From Thermoplasmatota archaeon (GTDB taxonomy: Archaea; Thermoplasmatota; Thermoplasmata; UBA10834): DNA of 12,357 nucleotides. The notes under the pieces are model-generated. The model saw nothing but the letters and a program-made list of their open reading frames with translations. It did no database searches and was not told the DNA's origin. Of this stretch, positions 6,353 to 12,357 are shown one piece after another. The stretch spans positions 1-12,357 of the forward strand of contig JBFMHR010000009.1 of the NCBI GenBank assembly GCA_040751795.1, written 5' to 3'. Numbering within the stretch: position 1 is the stretch's first letter; the number at the start of each line of letters is the position of its first letter. The position numbers and the translations under genes were made by a program.

Positions 6353-9300
6353 CACGAGCCTGGACGAGGACATCGGCCGGCCGTTCCTGGACAAGCGCTA
6401 CGACTACCACGCCGTCTCGACCAGCACCGCCGATCGGATCGAGACCGACTACACGACGAACGTCACCTCGGGGACGCTGGCCATCAGCGACACGAACCTC
6501 GCCTACGTCGAGCCCACGTCCGCCGGCGGGGGCGGCTACACCGATCTCGACGAGACCCTCTACTACGACGACGACGGGGTCCAGTCCTGGACGAAGCACA
6601 AGGACGCGACGATCAGCTACCGCGGCTACACGGACGGGCGGATGACCACGTCCATCGAGGACGTGGACACCGCGCAGACCTCGAACGAGCCGCAGGGGCT
6701 GTCGAGCAGCGGCACGGAGATCCACCGGACCACGACCTACGCCTACGACAAGCAGGGCCGGCTCACGACCACGACCTTCGCGGACGGGCAGGTCACGAAG
6801 TCCTACTACACGAAGCTCGCCGATGGGCGGCTCGTGACCCTCGGCTACCAGGATTTTGAGACCTCGCCCTCGACCAAGTACTACGGGCCGGTCTCCTACT
6901 CCGTCACGAACCACGCCGGCAAGGTCGAGTTCGAGGGGCGGGTCGCGTTGACGAACAACGAGTCCACCACCACGCTGGCGAACCACGTGGACGAGGCGGA
7001 GAGCGATCCGCTCTTGGCGATGGACCTCGGGACGGTCTGCCGGATGACGACCCACGTCTACGACGACACCGGGACGAGGCTCCAAGAGTCTCGCCTCTAC
7101 TTTGACATCCCCGCGTCCGGTGCGGGGAGTGACGGGACCAATTACGACCCGACCAAGTTTGGGTATGACGACATGGGGCGGCGGTGGCGGACGAAGGAGG
7201 CGTCCGGCACTATCCACCGCACGGTCCACGACGATCTTGGTCGGGTCGCGTCCCGCTGGATAGGCACGAACGACTCTTCCTTCTCCGGCGGCGAGACTTC
7301 GGGCACCGACGACATGGTGAAGACGGAAGAGCTCGTCTACGACGCGGGAGCGGATGGGGGGAACTCCTACCTCACGAAGCGCACGCTCTACGTCCAGGGG
7401 GACGCGACTGGCAAGCGCGAGACCTCCTACACGAACGACGTGCGGGGAAGGGCGCTGGTCGAGGACCGGCCTACCGCGCCCCATACCTTCCACAAGTACG
7501 ACAACCGCGGCCGAAGACTCGGGACCGGACTCTTCAGCTCGACCGCGAACATCGTGGCCGGGACGGACGACCCCACGACCGAGACGAGCAACCGCCTGGC
7601 GCTCTCCGAGTGGGCGTTCAACGACCTCGGGCAGCTCTACGCCACGAAGCAGAACAAGATCGACGATGCCGACGGATCGGATGACGACGAGATCACGACC
7701 GAGTACGGCTACGACGAGATGGGCCGGCGGATCTACGTGCAGGGGGGCGAGTACGCCAAGACCTTCTATGACCGGCTGGGGCGGGAGACGCACCACCTGG
7801 TTCTGGCCGACGAGAACGACACGACGTACGGGGATCGGACCCAAAGCACCTCGTCGGGGGACACGATCCTGGAGGAGCACCAGACCGTCTTTGATTCCGA
7901 CAACGACGACATCCTGATGCGCGTCGGGATCATGCGCTTCCCGAGCTCGCTCATGAACACGAAGCTCGACAGCGAGGCCGACGGAGATCGGCTTCTCGTC
8001 ACCGATGCGAACATCACGGGGCGGGTCCAGATCTCGGCCTACTGGTACGACGAGCTCGGGCGGGAGACCGACCGGATCGCGTACGGGACCTACGGCGAGA
8101 GCGATTTCGATCGGGACGGGCTCTCGGTGCCCTCGCGCTCGGACACGGAGCTCGTGACGAGCACGGACTACGGCGACGACGGGGAGGTGCTGGACATCAC
8201 CGATCCCCGGGCCTTCGTGATGCACTTCGACTACGACGACGCCGGAAGGCAGACGAAGGTCCGCCGCCACTACGACGCGAACGTGAACGGCGGCAACCCG
8301 AGCGGCACGGATGACAACCAGACCGTCGTCTACGAGTACACCGACGGCCTGCGCACCAAGATCAAGGTGGACATGCCGGCGGGGACCGACGACCAAGAAA
8401 CGATCTACACCTACGGGGTCACCAAGGGGACCTCGGCGGGGGACTCGAAGATCGGCAACAAGAACCTCCTCTGGAAGGTCCAGTACCCGGACTCCTCCGG
8501 GGGCACGGATGTGGTGAGCTACGCCTACAACGCCCAGCAGGAGAGGATCTACGAGAAGGACCAAGAGGGGAACGTCATCGAGAACGACTTCGATGACTCG
8601 GGACGGCAGACCCACCGCCGGATCACGACGCTCGATGCCGACTTCGACGGGGACGTGCGGCGGATCACGACCGCCTACGACAACCTGGGGCGCCGCAGCA
8701 CGATCACCCAGTACGACAACGCCACCGTCGGCAGCGGGACGGTGGTGGACGAGGTGAAGTTCACCTACGACGACTGGGGAAACGTGGACAAGTACGAGCA
8801 GGACCACGACAGCACGGTCGGGGGTGGCGGGTCTCTTGCCTACTACGAGGTGAGCTACAGCTACGAGAAGGACCTCGACGGCCGGCCGGCGGTTCGCAAG
8901 ACCGGGGTCACGCTGCCCAGCGGCAACGTGATCACCTACGGCTACGGATCCGCCGGGTCACAGCACGACGACGCCGACCTCGTCCTCACCGTGAAGGACG
9001 ACACGGTGACGCTGGCGACCTACACCTATCTCGGCTCCGCGATGGTGGTGCGGACCACCTACAACGAGCCGGGGATCTTCTCCACCCTCTACACCTCCGG
9101 CTACGGCACCTACGGGAACCTCGACCGCTTCAACCGGGTGACGACCTCGAGCTGGACGAGCGACCTCGCCACCGACCGCGACTTCTACGACGTGGACATG
9201 TCTTACGACCGAAACGGCAACGTCACGCTCGTGAACGACAACACCCATGCCGGCAAGGATGTGTCCTACACGATGGACGACCTCGATCGCCTCGCTCGGG

Positions 9301-10862
9301 CCCAGCAGGGCACGTGGGGCGGGTCGTCGATCAGCTCGGAAAAGCGGGACGAGGAGTGGACGCTCGACCACACCGGGAACTGGGACTTCTATCGGCTCGA
9401 CTTCAACGACGACGGCGACGGGCTCGACACGAACGAGCTCGAGGACGACCGCACCCACAACAAGGTGAACGAACTGTTGGGGCGGGACACCGACGACAAC
9501 GGGACGGACAACTACACCCTCGTCTACGACGCCGATGGCAACCTGACCGACGACGACGAGACCTACAAGTACACCTACGACCCCTTCGGGCGGCTCTGCC
9601 TGATCCAGAACCAGTCGAGCGCCACCGTCGCGGACATGGAGTACAACGGCCTGGGGCACCTGAAGAGCATCCACGCCGATACCGACGACGACGGGGACGT
9701 GGACGCTTCCGACAAGTGGTTCCACGCGGCCTACGACGAGGCCTGGCGGATGGTCGCCTACTACCGGGAGGCTGACGACGATCCCAAGGAGGAGTTCGTG
9801 CCGGCCCAGGCGGGCGTTGACGGGGAGGGGGGAAGCTCCTACATTAACGGCGTGGTCTGCCGCAACAAGGATGCCAACACAGCCTGGACGGATGCGTCCG
9901 ACGGGGTGCTCGAAGAGCGGCTCTTCTACTGCCAGAACTGGCGGGGGGACGTGGTGGCGCTCGTCCACAAGAACCGGCTGCAGGTCGAGTCGGTCCGCTA
10001 CTCCCCCTACGGGGAGCCCTTCGGGCTGCCCGAGCCGGATGCCGACTCCGACGGGGACCGGGACGCGGCGGACGGGACGCAGATCAGCGCGTGGATCAAC
10101 CAGAGCGCCTACGACGTGCGGGGGGACGTGGACCTCGACGGGGACGTGGACTCGACCGACCTCGACTGGGGGACGACGTACGGGGCGGCGACGCTGGGAT
10201 GGGGGGAGCTGAGTTGGAGAGCGAATAGGATGGGGTTTGCTGGATCCGAGAAGCTAGCGAACGCCCCCCGCCTATATTCGGCCCGCAATCGTGCGTACAA
10301 CTGGAACGCTGGAAGATGGTCGAGCCGAGACCCATTGCCGTATATAGACGGACCTTCCTTGTATGCCTTCGCAAGTGAGAATCCGGCTATTCATGTTGAT
10401 CCTTCAGGGCTCCTCGGCTGTGCAATGCCGGGAGGTGGTAATCCTGGCTTTCCAGACCTGTTCAGCTATGGATGTTTCTGCGGCAACAAGGCCGGTCCGC
10501 CTCCGGTAGGCGAACAGGCGCCTGCAGGCTGGGATTGCGACAAAGTCCCCGGTATGGATGCTTTGGATCAGTGCTGCTGCAAGCACGATCAAGCCAACCC
10601 TATGGGCCAGTCCTGGTGGCAAACCGTCAAGAACTGGTTTACGAGCGCGTGCGATCTCGCAGATTGCGCCCTTGAGAGTGTGAGCTCGGAAAGCGTAGAC
10701 CTTGGGGCTGCCGCATGTGTGTTCTACTTTGCGTGTCAAACTTGCCCCAAGCCCAAATGCTGGGGTCTCGCAAACGCGGCACTAGGGGCCTGCGCCGCGT
10801 GGCTAGCTGCCGGGACGCCAAAGCCGTGCGTGCCGTACTGGTTGATCCCGCTGGTCTGGTAG
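6351..10862 (+). CDS. rhs: Rhs protein, C-terminal part: YD-repeat shell, Rhs core and toxin tip
   Basis: Many YD repeats (YAYDKQGRL, FGYDDMGRR, YGYDEMGRR, YTYDPFGRL). The core reads RYSPYGEP...RAYNWNAGRWSSRDP...LYAFASENPAIHVDPSGL (PxxxxDPxGL, ending at 10412). Confidence 0.92.
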   Translation, partial: GTSLDEDIGRPFLDKRYDYHAVSTSTADRIETDYTTNVTSGTLAISDTNLAYVEPTSAGGGGYTDLDETLYYDDDGVQSWTKHKDATISYRGYTDGRMTTSIEDVDTAQTSNEPQGLSSSGTEIHRTTTYAYDKQGRLTTTTFADGQVTKSYYTKLADGRLVTLGYQDFETSPSTKYYGPVSYSVTNHAGKVEFEGRVALTNNESTTTLANHVDEAESDPLLAMDLGTVCRMTTHVYDDTGTRLQESRLYFDIPASGAGSDGTNYDPTKFGYDDMGRRWRTKEASGTIHRTVHDDLGRVASRWIGTNDSSFSGGETSGTDDMVKTEELVYDAGADGGNSYLTKRTLYVQGDATGKRETSYTNDVRGRALVEDRPTAPHTFHKYDNRGRRLGTGLFSSTANIVAGTDDPTTETSNRLALSEWAFNDLGQLYATKQNKIDDADGSDDDEITTEYGYDEMGRRIYVQGGEYAKTFYDRLGRETHHLVLADENDTTYGDRTQSTSSGDTILEEHQTVFDSDNDDILMRVGIMRFPSSLMNTKLDSEADGDRLLVTDANITGRVQISAYWYDELGRETDRIAYGTYGESDFDRDGLSVPSRSDTELVTSTDYGDDGEVLDITDPRAFVMHFDYDDAGRQTKVRRHYDANVNGGNPSGTDDNQTVVYEYTDGLRTKIKVDMPAGTDDQETIYTYGVTKGTSAGDSKIGNKNLLWKVQYPDSSGGTDVVSYAYNAQQERIYEKDQEGNVIENDFDDSGRQTHRRITTLDADFDGDVRRITTAYDNLGRRSTITQYDNATVGSGTVVDEVKFTYDDWGNVDKYEQDHDSTVGGGGSLAYYEVSYSYEKDLDGRPAVRKTGVTLPSGNVITYGYGSAGSQHDDADLVLTVKDDTVTLATYTYLGSAMVVRTTYNEPGIFSTLYTSGYGTYGNLDRFNRVTTSSWTSDLATDRDFYDVDMSYDRNGNVTLVNDNTHAGKDVSYTMDDLDRLARAQQGTWGGSSISSEKRDEEWTLDHTGNWDFYRLDFNDDGDGLDTNELEDDRTHNKVNELLGRDTDDNGTDNYTLVYDADGNLTDDDETYKYTYDPFGRLCLIQNQSSATVADMEYNGLGHLKSIHADTDDDGDVDASDKWFHAAYDEAWRMVAYYREADDDPKEEFVPAQAGVDGEGGSSYINGVVCRNKDANTAWTDASDGVLEERLFYCQNWRGDVVALVHKNRLQVESVRYSPYGEPFGLPEPDADSDGDRDAADGTQISAWINQSAYDVRGDVDLDGDVDSTDLDWGTTYGAATLGWGELSWRANRMGFAGSEKLANAPRLYSARNRAYNWNAGRWSSRDPLPYIDGPSLYAFASENPAIHVDPSGLLGCAMPGGGNPGFPDLFSYGCFCGNKAGPPPVGEQAPAGWDCDKVPGMDALDQCCCKHDQANPMGQSWWQTVKNWFTSACDLADCALESVSSESVDLGAAACVFYFACQTCPKPKCWGLANAALGACAAWLAAGTPKPCVPYWLIPLVW
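10038..10160 (+). other. Dockerin/EF-hand-like duplicated Ca-binding insert in the Rhs core
   Basis: DADSDGDRDAAD...GDVDLDGDVDSTD are two DxDxDG loops about 29 aa apart, inserted between YSPYGEP and MGFAG. Confidence 0.65.
10413..10862 (+). other. C-terminal toxin domain: secretory phospholipase A2-like (149 aa, 15 Cys)
   Basis: YGCFCG (10467-10484) matches the sPLA2 Ca-loop YGCxCG. DALDQCCCKHD (ending 10589) matches the active-site helix DxxDxCCxxHD. A later ACDLADC is a candidate second catalytic Asp helix. Confidence 0.8.
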
Positions 10863-11149
10863 TGGAGAAGACCATGGCACACGAGGTCCCAGCCCGGCAG
10901 TGGGGTATTGTGGTGGACCACCGAAGGGGCACGTGGGGCTGGGAGCAGTACCGTGGTAATCAGGGATGACGATCATGGGCTACTGGGTTGTTGATGCCGG
11001 TGACGCTCTCTGGGGCGGTGCGCGATTGTTTGGACACGTGCTTGGGCCCGACCGCGCCGCATCACGTCCGAGGCCGGTTCCCCCGACCGCCCCCGACAAC
11101 TCACCCTTGCGTCCAAGAAACCCGGTTCGCTACAGATGGGGGACGAAGC

Positions 11150-12217
11150 GTGGAACTCGCAGATGACCCGAGAAACGGCCGAGAGTGCGCGCGGGCAGTC
11201 ACAGGCAGCATCAGCCGAATCCTCGTTGGAGCCCTGCTAGTCGCGAGCGCGTTCGGCGTGGCCCTTATGGTGGGCGGTCCCCTTGCCTGCTTCTTTCTTA
11301 CACAGGGTGAGCCTCTGCCGACCATGGATGGTCCAGAGGACGAGGACCTGCGGTCGGAGGTGAGGTGCACCCTGGTGATCGCACAATCCCACACGTATGC
11401 CGAGGGATTGATACTCCTGAGACTGCCGGAGGGGGAAAGTACCCACGTTGAGCTGGAGGACCCCTCCATCAGCCATAGCGCAATCGCGTGTGACGGCTCG
11501 GTGGCCTACCTCACGAGACGGTCGGAGAGCCTGCTCCTGCGAGTCAAGGATGTGGAGAGTGGAAGAGAGCAGACGGTGCTGCAGCGATCAGGGGACTTCA
11601 TCGATGGATCGAGCGTCTCTCTGTCCCCGGACGGAAGGTACCTCACACTGCTCACCAGCGAGGACCGGGGGGGATTCAAGAGAACCCCAGGGCAATTGGA
11701 ACTAGTAGATCGGAGGGGAACAACCATGAGGATAATAAACGACTGCCAGATAGGAAGGGAAGTCCATTGGCTGGCGGATAGCGTTCACTATGTTTTCGAT
11801 AGTAAGGATGGAGTGCACATCGGAAGCATGAACAAAGCTGAGGATGTGCATATTCCAGGGGCCGTCGAGGCGATTACCGGGGAGTCTTCCACGCTCGTCC
11901 TCGTAATTGGCCGCGACCCGATCTATGCTATCGATCGGAACGGGCGGTATCGGTTGTACGACGTAGTGAAAGAACGCTACGTTGATGACATCGTACTACC
12001 GGGGGATCTTTTCGGCCCTATCGGTTTTACGGACACGGGGCTTGTGCTATACGAAGCCTTGCCGACCACAGGCACCGAGCAGAAACTGCTTGGGTGGGGC
12101 CTGACATATCCGAGTGCACAATGGACCATCAAGGTGTGCGATCCTGGATCCGGTCGTTTTGCGACCGTTGTGCCGCACTATGGATACGGAAGGATCGCGT
12201 TCGGGTCGTCCATCTGA
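11150..12217 (+). CDS. Membrane-anchored TolB-like beta-propeller protein, candidate immunity protein (~355 aa; start uncertain)
   Basis: A hydrophobic segment ILVGALLVASAFGVALMVGGPLACFFL is followed by blade-like repeats (IACDGSVAYL, LSPDGRYLTL, WLADSVHYVF, FTDTGLVLY). It lies downstream of the Rhs tip and shares its lower-GC codon style. GTG 11150 is preferred over TTG 10988 because it puts the TM segment near the N-terminus and has GGGGGA upstream. Confidence 0.7.
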   Translation: MELADDPRNGRECARAVTGSISRILVGALLVASAFGVALMVGGPLACFFLTQGEPLPTMDGPEDEDLRSEVRCTLVIAQSHTYAEGLILLRLPEGESTHVELEDPSISHSAIACDGSVAYLTRRSESLLLRVKDVESGREQTVLQRSGDFIDGSSVSLSPDGRYLTLLTSEDRGGFKRTPGQLELVDRRGTTMRIINDCQIGREVHWLADSVHYVFDSKDGVHIGSMNKAEDVHIPGAVEAITGESSTLVLVIGRDPIYAIDRNGRYRLYDVVKERYVDDIVLPGDLFGPIGFTDTGLVLYEALPTTGTEQKLLGWGLTYPSAQWTIKVCDPGSGRFATVVPHYGYGRIAFGSSI

Positions 12218-12232
12218 CACGATGATTTCTGC

Positions 12233-12357
12233 GAGGATGTCCGTCCCCGTGTGAGATTTGATCGGGCGGGCCGGGGGGATCATGCCACGTCCTTGGATTC
12301 GTTCAAGGACACGTTTTCGAGGGCCACGAGGAGCTTGGGGATGGCGGCGTGACCCTT
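12233..12357 (-). mobile_element. Right end of a probable IS256-family element
   Basis: The terminus GAGGATGTCC... begins at 12233, 47 bp beyond the stop of a minus-strand ORF with an IS256-transposase-like C-terminus. Confidence 0.6.
12280..12357 (-). CDS. 3' end of probable IS256-family transposase (partial, runs off the window)
   Basis: The minus strand reads KGHAAIPKLLVALENVSLNESKDVA-stop, resembling the FRR(I/L)KGxxx(L/I)PxLxxAL C-terminus of many IS256 transposases. Only 25 aa are visible. Confidence 0.6.
   Translation of the reverse strand, partial: KGHAAIPKLLVALENVSLNESKDVA

Noticed and set aside
7080-7300. Patch of extra T-ending codons within rhs as a recombination mosaic
   Set aside because: The effect is mild and cannot be separated from noise without computation or homologues.
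4193-9968. Long minus-strand ORFs 4193-6394, 6246-8807 and 8958-9968
   Set aside because: Val-rich mirrors of the GAC/TAC/ACC-rich rhs codons, not independent genes.
11268-11300. PLAC as a lipobox in the propeller protein
   Set aside because: The Cys is ~47 residues from the preferred start, and the nearby ATG gives too short a signal. A TM anchor is more parsimonious.
152-12232. TATCTGC (152-158) vs TTTCTGC (12226-12232) as a target-site duplication inside the IS ends
   Set aside because: Only 6 of 7 positions match and it does not extend to the 8-9 bp usual for IS256.
12289-12317. Hairpin GTCCTTGGA-TTCG-TTCAAGGAC followed by ACGTTTT as a terminator for the rhs operon
   Set aside because: It lies inside the probable transposase coding tail and the T-run is short and offset, so it cannot be supported as a native terminator.
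1-12357. CRISPR array, tRNA/rRNA, or T6SS/CDI/Tc components
   Set aside because: No regularly spaced repeats, RNA-gene signatures, or VgrG/PAAR/CdiB/TcA-like sequences were seen.

Overview
A GC-rich bacterial window (Planctomycetota-like by protein style, which is inference only) holding a compact divergent five-gene module bracketed by insertion-sequence ends. The leftward arm encodes an exported helical protein with a prepilin-like N-terminus, a GspD-type secretin with an apparent extra N-domain repeat, and a translationally coupled TPR lipoprotein resembling a pilotin. The rightward arm encodes a ~2100-aa Rhs/YD-repeat protein and a membrane-anchored beta-propeller protein (candidate immunity). 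The Rhs protein has a Sec-type signal peptide, a DUF6531-like domain, Ca-binding/dockerin-like inserts and a C-terminal Cys-rich phospholipase A2 resembling animal secretory PLA2s. Its gene is split by a +1 frameshift at a G8 tract (6345-6352). No VgrG, PAAR, CdiB or WXG100 export components are visible, so the module may be a secretin-linked Rhs phospholipase toxin system. The right edge contains the 3' end of a probable IS256-family transposase and its terminal repeat. The left edge contains a matching inverted 9-bp terminus and an IS21-like end.
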